Of a DNA stretch of 64,000 nt, positions 50,756 through 63,545 are shown one piece after another. Positions within the stretch are counted from its first letter, which is position 1, and each line of letters begins with the position of its first letter. The translations under genes were made by a program, and so were the position numbers. A model generated the notes under the pieces. It was not told the DNA's origin, did not search any database, and saw nothing but the letters and a program-made list of their open reading frames with translations. This stretch comes from Yuukianura sp. NJ FZ-2021. Its lineage: Eukaryota. The stretch is from contig CM102289.1 in NCBI GenBank assembly GCA_046563655.1, positions 6,262,001 through 6,326,000 of the forward strand. Reading direction: 5' to 3'.

Positions 50756-51885
50756 CTATTCAGTGCAGAGCTTGCATGTACATTGGAAGTGATAGTAAGC
50801 TTGAAGGAAATGTTGACGAACGGTGACCGACGTGGAGTCATGGTCTTGAATCACATAGCAAATGGTGATTGGTTCGTTTGGTTCGATGAGACGTTTGGCG
50901 CGAATTTCCAGGGATAACACTGTTTTCTTGACCCCATCTTCAACCATCTCCTTTTCAACACTTATGTAATCACAGTTTGGATTGCAGTCATGAGTTATGA
51001 AACATCCCTTTTCACAAAACATATACATATACCTGAAAGACATTTAGAAAAGTTTTTTCTCAATTGCATGTTATGTTCGGCCTTATTTTTGCGAAATGTC
51101 TGAGCTCTGCATCACCTTGGAAGGTCCGGGTATGACCAAAAAGTGTTGATTTCTAAACAGTCCCGAACATGCTCAATTCTGTCAGAGTCGTATTCTGTCA
51201 AATTGCATTTTTCTCTAAGAAATGCCGTAACGAATTGCAATTCTTGACTGTGGACTGAACAACTTCTGCGATACTCACGATGACTTTCCAAGTTTTGAAA
51301 ATAGTTCCATAAGCTTGGATTTTTTTTCATGAAAAGCAATGTGCGCAAAACAACAATTGCCGTGTAGTGGCCCAGTGTCACGGTTTCTGGATGAACTCCA
51401 TTTTGACCAAAAATTGGACACTCTCCATTCGAATGCCAGACATCCTTAAAAATACAGAAAATGAGCTATTATCATATCTCACTACTTTAAAAAAGATTAA
51501 TTAAAAAGAAAAAAGATTATTATTAAATTTTTTAAAATACATTTTCACATGTTTGGTCACAGACAGGCCAGTGACATTTGGAACACGTTGTACAATCTTG
51601 AAGAGGTTTTCCACAAGAGACACAAATTATCAATGCTGCGCAGTCGTGAGCTGCATGTTCATTCCACGGCACGTAACCTGAATTTGGCACGCCTAAAGGA
51701 CTGATAATTAACGGAACGTCGTCCAGAATCAATTCGCCTTCCGGGATGGTCCGAGATGCTGCCATGTACTTTCCATAAACTTCATTATGTAGAATAGTGA
51801 CTGCTGGTAGCCATTGCACTCCGATTGTCGGAAGAGTTATAGGGCTCAATACTGCTGAACCCATAGCTTCTGTGTCCATTTTCAT
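50756..51885 (-). CDS. SMYD/msta-like SET-MYND protein, copy 1 (ends right after post-SET)
   Basis: YGKYMAASRTIPEGELI, CVSC..CSKCHWPVC, THDCNPN, EPITICY, FQCTCKLC; 3 exons. Confidence 0.88.
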
Positions 51886-52540
51886 TCCAGACTTCCAATG
51901 ACGGAGTAAAACTACAACTAAAGCCTAATATACAAATTAAACTTTGGTACAGCATCGTTAAGTAAAGTCAAAGAGTGTGTATCAGTAACTTTCAGTAACG
52001 CTTGGGCAAAGTTCAGACTGATTGTGTCATTAGTGTATCAAACCAAACGGCGGTGCGTGTGGTGTTGCTATTTATCAGTAGCTCTCAAAGCCTTCTTCTA
52101 TGGTAAACCTAAAGATGCTGATAGACGTGTCAACTCGTACCAGCCGAGACATAATCAAAGGTCACAGGTCAAGCAACTTTTGTGACAGCCAAGTCAAAAG
52201 CGGAACAAAAAAAAGAAGAAGTAACGTTGAATTTTATTCAGCCATGTACATATAGTGCACATGAAACTTCAAATTACCCAACTACAATAATTCCTTGCAT
52301 ATACCCCGAAGTCCAAGTGAGGTTTTTCCAGCTCGAGACAAAATTGGAGAAATAATTTTAATCAAAACGTTTACATTTAGGTCGGAAATTATTCAAGAAC
52401 AACAAGCAAGTGTTCATTTGCTTCGAAGTGCTGGGTATGTGCGAAGTCGGGCTATAAGCAAGGATTCAGGGTGGTTCAAAGGTAGTTAACTACGACACTA
52501 TAATAGTTGTTTGTATTGTACTCAAGTTTTTTTTTTGTTT

Positions 52541-53661
52541 TCATTCAACACTTTTGAGCTCATCGCTGCACCGCTGGCATGTACATTTGAAATGGAAGTA
52601 CTCTTGAAGAAACCGTTGGCGCTGGAAAACCGGCTTCCCGACATTGTTTCTAACAACATAGCAAATGGTGATAGGTTCGTTGGGTTCAATAATTCTTGTG
52701 GCGCGAAATTGAACAGTCCACACTTTTCTCTTGACCCCATCGACAATCAATTCGTTTTTGACGCCGCTTATGTAGTCGCAGTTTGGATTACAGTCATGGA
52801 TTACAAGACTTCCTCTCAAACAGAACATCCACATATACCTGGGAAGATTACAAAAAAAGAATTGGAAAAAAATTTAGCTAACTAATGTAATGCAAATCAA
52901 CTTCTGCTCTGACTCACCATGAATGGTCAGCCTGTGACCAATAGGAATTGACTGCCACACAGTCTCGAATACGTTCAATTTTCTCTGGATCATAGTCTAC
53001 CAACTTACATTTTTCTCTAATAAAGTCCGTAATGAATTCCAGTTCTTCACTGTGAACAGAAAGATTTCGTCGACAAGCACTCTGACTTTCCATATTTTGA
53101 AGAATATTCCAAATTGCTGGATTCTTGTCAATGGCAAACAAAATCCGCAAAACAACAATCGCATTGTAGCGCCCCACCGTCAATTTTTCTGGCAAAACTC
53201 CATTTTGAGCAAAAATGGGACACTCTCCGTTTGAATGCAAGTGATCCTTAGAAACACAAGGAATGAGTTATTACAATTGAAAAATTTTAAGTATTACTAT
53301 GTAATTCAGTTGATTTTATTTTTACATTCTCGCATGTTTGGTCACAGACCGGCCAGCGACATTTGGAGCACGATGTAGGTCCTTGAAGTGGCTTTCCACA
53401 TGAGACACAAATTAGCAAAGCTGCGCAGTCGTGAAATGCGTGTTCGTACCAAGGCAAGTCATCTGAACTGGGAGTACCGTAAGGACCGTAGCCCAGCGGA
53501 AGTTCGTCCAGAATCACTTCACCTTCCTGTATGGTCCTAGATGCAGCCATATAGTTTCCATAAATGTCGTTGTGCAAAATAGTGGCTGCTGGTAGCCACT
53601 GTACTCCTGGTTTGGGAACAATCTCGGAATAAAGTATCGAATTGTTGGTTTCTGTGTCCAT
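52541..53661 (-). CDS. SMYD/msta-like SET-MYND protein, copy 2
   Basis: Same 3-exon layout; IHDCNPN, EPITICY, FKCTCQRC. Confidence 0.88.
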
Positions 53662-54417
53662 TTTTGTAGAAATTTGCAACCACAGACTGGAATTTAAGTT
53701 GAAATTAATATTTGAATTAACTTTGGTCCAACGCTAAGAAGTTAAGTTCACAGTTATGCATAAAGTGTGACAGAGCTGTTGCATAACACAATGCTTACTA
53801 AACTAAAAGATCCACGCATTTTAGATTATAAAATGGCAAGTTAGTTGCGGTTATGAAATTATCCGCTTTAAAAGTTTTATTTCTTTTGCCAACGTGGCTG
53901 AGCTGCTATGCGTCTGTGACAAAAAAGTCGCATGATAAACGAACAAAACCAGAACCGCAATTACGAAAAACTTTGAACATGAAAATGAACTTAATCACTT
54001 AGGAAGTTTCCGAGGTCTCTGAAGATTACACGGTATTGAAAAGTAATAAAAGAATATGTTCAAACCCCAGCAGGTCTCAATTACATGTTGTAATGCCCGA
54101 CTTCAGTTCGTAAAAATTCAAATCGTAAATCGAAATGAAAATCTACCCCTCATTATTTTCATTGGTAATAACTCATTGTAAATTCTAAAGAAACGACTAC
54201 GTAAAAACTTTCGTTATCAAGGCGCAGGTTTTTAGAATCTGTTATTTTCGTTTATTGAGTAAAACCAGAAAAATAGAATAATTAAGTGACAGGGAAAGGG
54301 AATACGAGATTTAAACAATGTGTTTCATAACACTTAAAAGTATGTTTTATAAAAGTAATCAAGTTACTACATGTATTAATTTCTGAAGTACAATTTGAAA
54401 CCCAGTTTGGCGGTTTG

Positions 54418-55536
54418 TCAGTTATACCCGTTCAAGTTTTCGTCAATGCCTTTCAGCTCAGTTCTACATCGATTACATTGACATTGAAAGTAAAAATAAG
54501 TTTTAAGATATTGTTGGCGCTCAGAAACGGACATGGAGCCATGGCATATGGGAATGTATGATATTGTTATTGGTTCATAAGGGTCAATGACCCTGGTGGC
54601 GTGAATTTGTAAAACGATGACCTTTTGCTTGACCCCGTCCAAAATCACTTCTTGTTCAACAAATTTTTTGCTAGAGTTTGGTTCACAGTCATGAGCAAAA
54701 AGGCTTGCCTTGTCAAACACGACTGAAATGTACCTGAATTTAGAACACAAAAAATAATAAAGTTTTTAGTTTAATAAAAATTTTGTTGAAGTTATATAAT
54801 TTTTGTAGGTTAGGATACTTCGCCTCACCTTCCAATATAAGGGTACACCCAGTAACTATTGATGATGAGGGTACCCATGATTTGATCAATTGCATTGCGT
54901 TTGTACTCTGTCAACTGACATGTTTTCCGTAGAAAATTTGTAACAAAATCCAATTCACGAAGGTCTACTGAAGAGTTGTGTCGACGCTCATGATGATCTT
55001 CCATGTTTTGAAAAATGATTACATCCTCTGAATGTTTGGCGCAAATCAAAAAAGTACGCAGTACGTAAATGGCACTGTAATGTGACAAAGTCAACTGTTC
55101 CGGAAGTAGCACTTGCCGTTTAGCAAAAACGAGACATTCCGCTTTTGAATGCAATGGATCCTGAAAACAGCGAAATTTAAAAGATTGTTAAAAATGCAAA
55201 GTATATACTAGTACTTACATTTTCACAAATTTTGTCGCAGACTGGCCATTTACACTTGCTGCAAACTGCTTCTGCGTCAATGTGCTTTCCGCAGGAAAGA
55301 CAAATTGGCAATACATCATGTGACTCCGCTTCATTCCAAAATGGCTTGCATGGACTATCAGTTCCACTTGCACAGGAAATCAATGGAATTTCCTCCAGCA
55401 CAAGTTCATCTTTTTCGATTCTTCTGGAAGCAGCCATGTAGTTTCCAAAAATTGAATTTTTGAGAACAATAGTTGCTGGCTGCAACTTTTGTCCATTTTT
55501 GGAAGCAGGAGACGAATGTGTTGTAACCTCCATCAT
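54418..55536 (-). CDS. SMYD/msta-like SET-MYND protein, copy 3
   Basis: AHDCEPN, EPITISY, FQCQCNRC. Confidence 0.88.
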
Positions 55537-56905
55537 GTTCCTGACACTGGCCTTCACCAAACTAAATTGTTTGTTCTCTGTTTTGAAAAAATATTCAAAC
55601 ACAAAATAGATTAAGGTTTAGTTTTTACTAGTTTAGGTTAGAATGGGATAAGTTAGTGTGAAAATATTTCTGGTGGGAAATACAAATATTAAGAACGTAG
55701 GAGGTGATATGGGCAAAATTATTTGACCAAAAAGTGAAAAGGTCAAACGTTACAAATACTAGGTTACATTTTGGTTAAGCAAGATTTTCTTATGTTGTTA
55801 GTACTTTTTGACCTTTTCACTTTGTCACCCAATTGTTTCTCACCGTATTACATGGCAATATTAAAAATGCCACAACCCATAAACGAAAAGGAAATATAAT
55901 ATGAACTTGAGTCATAGGACGCTTGCAGGTAACGAAACGAAAATTATGTAAAGCAATATGTAATCCTATAAACTCACCAGTAGACGATATTGAATTAGGA
56001 ATTGATTTGCAATTACGGGATTAATTGTGACTCCAAGCAATTGAATACCATCGAAACTGAAAGTTCATATGAACACAGAGATTTTATAGGCACAAGTAAA
56101 AAAAAATGACCCCCTCCCCCTCCTTTGGTAGAAAACTTGACTGTTAAAAGTTGAAAATGCTAAATGACGCTGTCTAGAGTGAAAATCGATGTTATTGAAC
56201 AGGACTTTTTCGTCCTTTTTTCTTGTTAATCACAAGAAAATTACACGTGCCCAAGCCCATGTCCTTTGAAGTTTGAAACGTTTATGCTTGATGTCAAAAA
56301 AACTGCACGTAGCAAGCAACAAAATAAAACGTGCGTCATAAGTTTGCAGACCGCAAATGACTTGTCTGCATTTAAAAATTTACATTATACTACTACAGGA
56401 CAGAATTATTATTATTTTGTTTTCATTCAAATCAAGTTCCCGTTTGATGTAATTCTCAGTTTGCTGATTTTCCATTCAATGCGCGTCATTTTAGAGAAAA
56501 TTTTGTAAGTTGAAAACCTGTTTGTGTACGAATTTGCCGTCACCAATTGACGGTTTAAATTTGGTAAGGTTTGTTTTTAAAAACAAATTTGAATTTTGAT
56601 TTTATTCAGGCGGTACCAGTTGGAAAATTTGTTTGCCTTTTTTTAAAAAAAAAAACATACTTTTATAGAATAGTTGAATTCAATTCAAAGTTGAAACAGC
56701 AAGTATTTATAGAAAAACCTTAAGAACTATGAACATTCTGGAGCCAAATTTTACTTGTGTTTTATTGACAAATTTTTGAAACTTGAATAATTAGATTGAA
56801 AATTTTTCGAGTATGGAAAATCCATTCCTTTTAAAGTTTAAGCTAACATTTGACCTTTAGATAATTTTGTCATTATCTTTGCCCGAGTCTGTACACTTTT
56901 AGCTT

Positions 56906-58059
56906 TTAGATTTGATTTTCAACGGGCACGTTTTCGTTGTCAGTCAAATTTTCAAGTTCCCTTATACAGCGTTTGCATTTGCAAGTGAAGTAAAAATAGG
57001 CTTTGAGATAGCGTTGACGTTCAGCAACTGAATTGGAGTCATGTGACCGTGGAATATAGGAAATGCTAATGGGTTCATGTAGCTCAATGACCCTGGTGGC
57101 ATGTACTTCCAAAACCATGACCTTGCGCTTGACCCCATCCAAACTCACTTCCTTTTCAACTATTTTTCTTCTAGTGTTTGGATCGCAGTCATGAGAAAAG
57201 AGACTCGCCTTGTCGAAGATGAGAGACATATATCTGTAATTCAAAAACAAAGTAATTTTAATTAATAGCCTAAAATATAAGTTTTAGATTAAGTTAAACT
57301 TAAAGTTAGTGTGATTTCTTACCTTCCAGTGTCAGGGTATGCCCAGTAAGCATTTACGGTTAAGCATCCCATAACTTGATCAATTGCCTTCGGTTCGTAT
57401 TCGGTCAACTTGCATTTTTCCCGAATAAACTCTGTGATAAAATCCAACTCTCGTCTGTCCACGGGAGAGTGACGTCGATGCTCATGGTGAGTTTCTAAGT
57501 CTCGAACAATTTCCCAAATGGCTGGATTTTTAGCACAGAGCAAAAATGTGCGCAAGACAATGAGGGAGTTGTAGTGCGACAACGTCAATTTTGTTGGAAG
57601 AACTCCATTTTTAGCCAAAATTGAACATTCAGCCTCCGAGTGAGATGGATCCTTTTAACAATTTCCCATTATATAACTTATAAAAATGCATATTCTATGA
57701 TTTTTTCAAAAATTATAGCTTATACTTACATCCTCGCAAGTTTTGTTGCAGACAGGCCAATGACATTTGCTGCAAACTGCTGTTGCTTGAGCATGCTTTC
57801 CGCAAGAGAGACAAATAGGCAAAGCGTCATTTGACTCTACTTGATCCCAAAGTGGTTTACATGGACTTGCTGTTCCACTGGCGCCGGAAATGAAAGGAAT
57901 TTCTGCCAAAACGAGTTCGTCTTTTTCAATTCTCCTGGAAGCTGCAACGTAGTTCCCAAAAATTGGATTGTTGAGAATAATGGCTGCTGGGAGCCACTTT
58001 ACTCCAATTTTAGGAACTGTAGTTGGAGGGGCTGCGGAAATTGACTCGGGATTTCCCAT
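56906..58059 (-). CDS. SMYD/msta-like SET-MYND protein, copy 4
   Basis: SHDCDPN, EPISISY, FTCKCKRC. Confidence 0.88.
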
Positions 58060-58446
58060 GTTTCTCGTTCAAACAGCAAAGAGCAAATAGAATTCACCCT
58101 CCACAAGTTTTCAAAGTTATAATGCTGAGAAGGAAAATGAATTAGGTTAGCAAGAATAGAATTAGACTGACCTTATGTTCTGGTTCAGTTAGCTTTGGGG
58201 TCAGAGGTAACCCATACAATAACTGGTTAGAAGAAGATACTTTCTCTGTTTATCATTTTCACGGCATTTGTTCCTGTCTAGGATTTTTTAGGCTCAAAGG
58301 TTAAAGTCTATTGGGGAAATCCTCATGTACTGCTCAAGGTCAGCTAGTTAAGATAGGTTAGGTTATCATTGTGCAATAAAAAGCATTAAATTTCCAAAAT
58401 TCATTTAAGAATAATCGCAACTGGTAACCATTTTTGCATAATTTGG

Positions 58447-59071
58447 AAAACAGTATTTCGAATTTTCAAATTTCGCGGAATTCTCTTGTTTCGAAATCCA
58501 TAGGAAGCCATTCTATCCGTTTGGCAACATTTACATTTCAATAGTTACATGATTCAAAGGCTATACGGACCCAGCAGAGCTTGTGACTTCAGGTAAACTG
58601 TAACGTGGCTTTATTTACCTTTGACCTAAAGCATAATTTTTTTCGGTGTTTCATAACCTTACGCACATGGGACAGACGACATTTTTTCAAAAAAGGAGCC
58701 AAAGTTGGGCGAAATGTTGCAATCCGTTGGATAGAACAGACTCCTTCGACGGAGGATTTGTTGGTTGTTAAAATTGAAGATGTCAAAGTCAACGCGACGA
58801 AAGAAATTATACGAGTTTTGGACTATTCAACTTTTGACCTCAATGAAGATAGAATGACTCGTTTGAAGTGTTCTAAGCTGCCCATTCTATCTCGCGATTC
58901 AAAAGGAATAACGTTCCCAAAGTTTTAGAAAAAATGGACCAAATTCTGAACCAAAATCCAAGGTTATCGAATCTCGTGAATCCATGTGTTGAAAAGGTTA
59001 ATTTAAGTTTGAAAAGACGAGGATTTAATCAAACTCTCAACTACACTAGACCAATATTTTATAAGAAGTAA
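58447..59071 (+). pseudogene. Decayed copy of the adjacent WSCD-like sulfotransferase
   Basis: GILLFRNP*EAILSVWQH versus GILLIRNPWESIFSVWQH (TGG>TAG); VKIEDVKVNATKEIIRVLDY is homologous; frameshifts present. 5' limit approximate. Confidence 0.8.
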
Positions 59072-59400
59072 ATTGCAAGATGAAGCCATGTGAAAATTTC
59101 TTATTAGTAAAAGATTCACAGACTCATTATTGGCACTATTACGTTTTTTTTTTTGGTAATTTTAATGTGTAAGCCTAAATAAAACAACACACGTCGTCAC
59201 ATGCAAGAAAAAACACAAAAAAACAATTTAGAAGAAAAAACTACTGATCAGAAAACAGATGCGATATTTCGAATATTTCTGCAGGTCTAGAAGGTCAATG
59301 ACATACATTAAAATTGCAAATAGGAACATGTCAAATCGAGGCTTTGTTTCTCCGAAACCAATCGTTCAGTACTCGACTGCTTCTCAGTCCGAATAACAAA

Positions 59401-60554
59401 ATGACTTGCATTAAGTACTTGCTGATTTTACTTGTCTTTCTACATCCAGGAAGTGCAGCCAAAACGAAAAAAAGTTCAATACCAACCAGTACATCACTTT
59501 ATCCCTGGAAATATAGAAAAGGAGAATGTCAAAATAAAACTGTTACGCTTGACGTTGGCTATGAAGTTCCAGTAAGGTAAACTGAGGTCATTGACCTTTC
59601 ACAAATACGTTAAATGATCTTTGACCTCATTTTAACCTTTAATTTGTAGAGCAGCAGTTGCATTTCTGGGAAGTGGGAACAAATGGTTTCGAGAACTGGT
59701 TGAAGATGTGACAGGTCACATAATTGCTCCTGAAGTTGGCCAATTGAAACGACATCATCGACGAGTGAAACTCTCAGTTAAATGCAGTATTCCGAATTCC
59801 CGCATTCTTTTATACGGATCACACGATGTTGGATTCCATTTAGTAAAGTCAGGAGTCAAACCAAAGTGCTGGAGAAAAGCACTTGGTGACAATACTTTAG
59901 GGCTGGACACATTGTCCGAAAAAGTTTTCCAATTTCGTGGAATTCTGTTAATTCGAAATCCTTGGGAAAGTATTTTTTCAGTATGGCAGCACATGAGACT
60001 CAATCACTACTTGCTGCCGAAATCAATTGAACATCCATCCGATCTTGTTCCTGAAGGTATGATGTTGAAACTAAAGAAAATATTTGCCACTGATTAATTT
60101 TTTTGAATGCTGAGCAGAATATGTCGAGTTTTTCAAAAATGCTGCCAAGTCTTGGCGCGATGTTGCATTTCGTTGGATTGAAGGAACACCAAGTACAAAG
60201 GATTTGCTAATAGTAAAATACGAAGATCTAAAGGTCAATGCTACCAAGGAAATTATCCGCTCTCTGGACTACTTGGACCTTGAATTCAACGAAGACAGGA
60301 AAACCCGTTTGCGATGTGCAACTGCCCAGCCATTGACACAGTACAAAAGAAACACGTCATCAGAAATTTTCGAAAAACTGGACACAATTTTGGATCAAAA
60401 TACAAATTTATCTGAGCTATTGGAGGTGTACATTAAGGAAATCAATTCGAGTTTGGAAAGAAGAGGATTTTCTGAAAGACTTGACTACAGTCGACCAAAA
60501 TTTTCTAAGAAAATCGAAAAAGAAAATTTTGATTCGGAAAAACAAAAGAATTAA
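59401..60554 (+). CDS. WSCD-family-like sulfotransferase (3 exons, N-terminal signal/anchor)
   Basis: AFLGSGNKWFRELVEDVTG (cf. FPGSGNTW 5'-PSB), LLIRNPWESIFS (3'-PB), LIVKYEDLK, RLRC. Confidence 0.78.
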
Positions 60555-60839
60555 CACAAAAAGACAAATTTGGTTGTCAATTGTTTGAATTTAACGTAAA
60601 AGTAGTGTTACAGCAGCAATCAAGTTCCATGACAAAATTGTTAGGTTTGGTCAACTACGTTAGTGAAGAACAATTCTTTATATTACACTGAAAGCAAAAA
60701 GTTAAACGAGTTTTCATTTGTGTCGAAGTTGCTATTTCAGGGCCTTGAATTGCGAAATCGGTAAGGAAAATAAAAATGCTGTCTCTGGCATACTGAAAAA
60801 CTGAAAACTTTGAAAGCTGAAGTTTTTGAAACCATAAAC

Positions 60840-62079
60840 TCAAGTTGTGCCATGCACTGGCTCGGGAAATGGTGGATTTTTCGAAAGCATCATTATTTCA
60901 AAATACTTTCCAGCAGTCACCGCCGCGGTGTTCAATAATTGCTGTTCAGCCATGTTTCTAATGAGGTGAATCTTCACGTCAGCGTCAGGATGAAGAAAGT
61001 ATGCAAGAGACTGTCGTCCCCCAGATTCTTCCGGAAAGTGCTTCACACGGTGGACCTTAACAATTGACCTTTGACCTTTCATCTCACTAAGCTTTGTTAA
61101 CATTAGGTACACAGTGACCAAAATAACCTGAAATCAAATTACATCTTACCGTGGCCAAATATTTTCCGTGAGTCAGGGATTCTAGCATGTCTCCGACATT
61201 GACGAAAATAGCACCTTCGATTGGCTCGACGTCCAGCCATTCTCCATTTTGGTCTGGTAACTTATTTTTTTGAAATTTTCAAATAAGTTCAATTAGTCAA
61301 CTTTTTTGTACACACGTTTTTAAAGATTGCAAAAAAACCTGAACTTGAAGTCCGCGAGCCGTGGAGAAGAGGAATGTGAGCGTTGACATATCGGTGTGCC
61401 GTTCCATGATTAAGTCGGGGTTCAGCGATTCATTGGCGCCAATTCCTGAAACTTCCTGGTAAAAAATTGAGCTCATGTGAGTCTTTGACGGAATTTGGAC
61501 CTGCCCAAGAAGAGCTGATTGGTGATCCTGGATTAACTGGAATTCATTATTCAGTTGCAAACTGTTGGCGATTCTAGTGAGTAAGAATCTTCCGAGTGAC
61601 GTCATCTCATGGTCAAATCGGCTCACGCAGGAAGTGATTCCTGGCAAATCTGCTTCTGGAAATATTCCAGAATTGTCATCGGACATTCCGACTTTGAAGT
61701 CAAATCGTTCACGAAACGATTCTTTGACAGATCTTGAGTAACCACAAAGATCAATTCCTTTTCTCCCGCCCTTTTTGTAGACAAGCTTTCTTTCCTCAGG
61801 TAAACCAAAAAACGTCTTAGATTTTTCAAAGAAGCTGGAAATCTGTAAAAATTTGTCGCCAAAATTTTAGAAATTTGACTGAAATTTACTTAACACAATT
61901 ACTCGAACGATACTCACAGTAGTTTCTGCTACTCCATGACCTACTAGATAGAAACAAGTGTGGGATCGAAGCCCTTCGTCGATTTGTTGAGTGACCTGTC
62001 TAATCACGTCAGCATCAGATGACCTCCCCTGCAAATTAATTATCGGAAACCCATTTATGGAAGTTGTGGGATAAACCAT
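60840..62079 (-). CDS. 2-oxoglutarate/Fe(II) dioxygenase of the IPNS-like superfamily
   Basis: FPIINL, FYLVGHGV, HTDMSTLTFLF, WLDVEP.EGAIFVNVGDML, VHRV, RQSLAYFLHP (HxD..H and RxS intact). Confidence 0.9.
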
Positions 62080-63279
62080 TTTTCTTGTCTCCAAAAGTGT
62101 GAAATTAACTAAATTGGATTGAATCCTATTTAACAATTGGATCAACTGATGCTGAAGTACTGGCGTTTTAAACCCATAAACTAGTACATATAAGCGTGAG
62201 AACAAAGAAGCATTTCAGTTTTTACGATCCAATACGACATGTCAGCAACTTGGAGGTTTGCCACATAATTCAAAAATTTTAAACTGCAGACTAAAGAGTA
62301 AAGCACATATTTTAGTTAATTGTTTATACTTTCGTGATTTTTTGGTGTCTAATCTCGTCAAGTGTCGAAAAGCATGTAGAAAGCTGATCTCCGATGACTC
62401 ACAGAATGTTTAATGGTACCATTTACTGTGTTTACCGACAACGATATGCAGAGATTTGAATGTTAGTTTAAACGTTGTCAAAAAATGATGGCGAATGACA
62501 TCAGAAAACAGAACAAAGATCACGAAGACGATGCTAAGATGTTTACTACAAAGTAACTTGAGAGGTGTAAAGAATTGGAAAGTGCTGATGGAAGTCATTT
62601 AGTATGTAAGACAATTATTTTTATGAGATCTAAACTTTGATTCCAAAGTTTCGGTACCTCGACCTTGACTTTTCAGACGCTGAAAAAGTGTTATGCAATT
62701 TTGTTCATTTCGAATATGTTTACATTCCTTCGCAAAACTAAAAACGGAGTTTTCATTGATATGTAAATTCAAATTGGAGCGCTATGTTCTGCTGCAAACT
62801 TCGCTCTTTTCGAGTTCCATTTTCCACCAATGTTTTCTGAAAAACGGATGGTAGACTGTGATGGTGATGGTAGCTACAATCTCACCATCCGTTTTGAGAG
62901 TATTTTGGGCCTTTTTCTGAAACCCGTCTCTGCTCCGGACGGGACGGTAGGAATCCCTTTGTGTTGGGGGAGAATGAGACTTTCGGTGCCCGCGAAAACG
63001 AAATTGAATTTAAAATTAGGGGTTGAAGTAAACTTTATGGTGTCACTTGTACCCGCGAGGTTTAAAAAAGGCGTGTCTTCCAGGTGCGGTTACGTATGTA
63101 ACCGTCGGTTGTTTTTTCGACGGAAAAGTTGGAATAAGCTGGAATTGCACCTGTTGTACCCACAGTAGCCACTGACGTCGTGTAACAATTGTGTGTTTGC
63201 AATGACGTCGGTAGTTACGTTGTGTTACGCCATATTATTACCACTGCGTGGTTACATTGTGGTTGGGCATATATATAAT

Positions 63280-63545
63280 GTCAGTGGTTACAAATGACGT
63301 CAGTGGTTACAAATGACGTCAGTCGTTACAAATGACGTCAGTGGTTACAAATGACGTCAGTCGTTACAAATGACGTCAATGGTTACAAATGGTGTCAGTG
63401 GTTACAAATGACGTGCGTGGTTACAATTGACGTCAGTGGTTACAAATGACGTCAGTCGTTACAAATGACGTCAGTGGTTACAAATGACGTCAGTCGTTAC
63501 AAATGACGTCAATGGTTACAAATGGCGTCAGTGGTTACACATGAT
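63280..63545. repeat. 19-bp minisatellite, 14 copies, consensus GTCAGTGGTTACAAATGAC
   Basis: Read unit by unit. Unit junctions create TGACGTCA; units 2-7 recur as units 9-14. Confidence 0.95.

Noticed and set aside
60840..62079. True isopenicillin N synthase or beta-lactam cluster
   Set aside because: Diagnostic residues diverge and no other pathway genes are in the window.
63280..63545. CRISPR-like array
   Set aside because: Units abut with no unique spacers, there are no cas genes and the context is eukaryotic.
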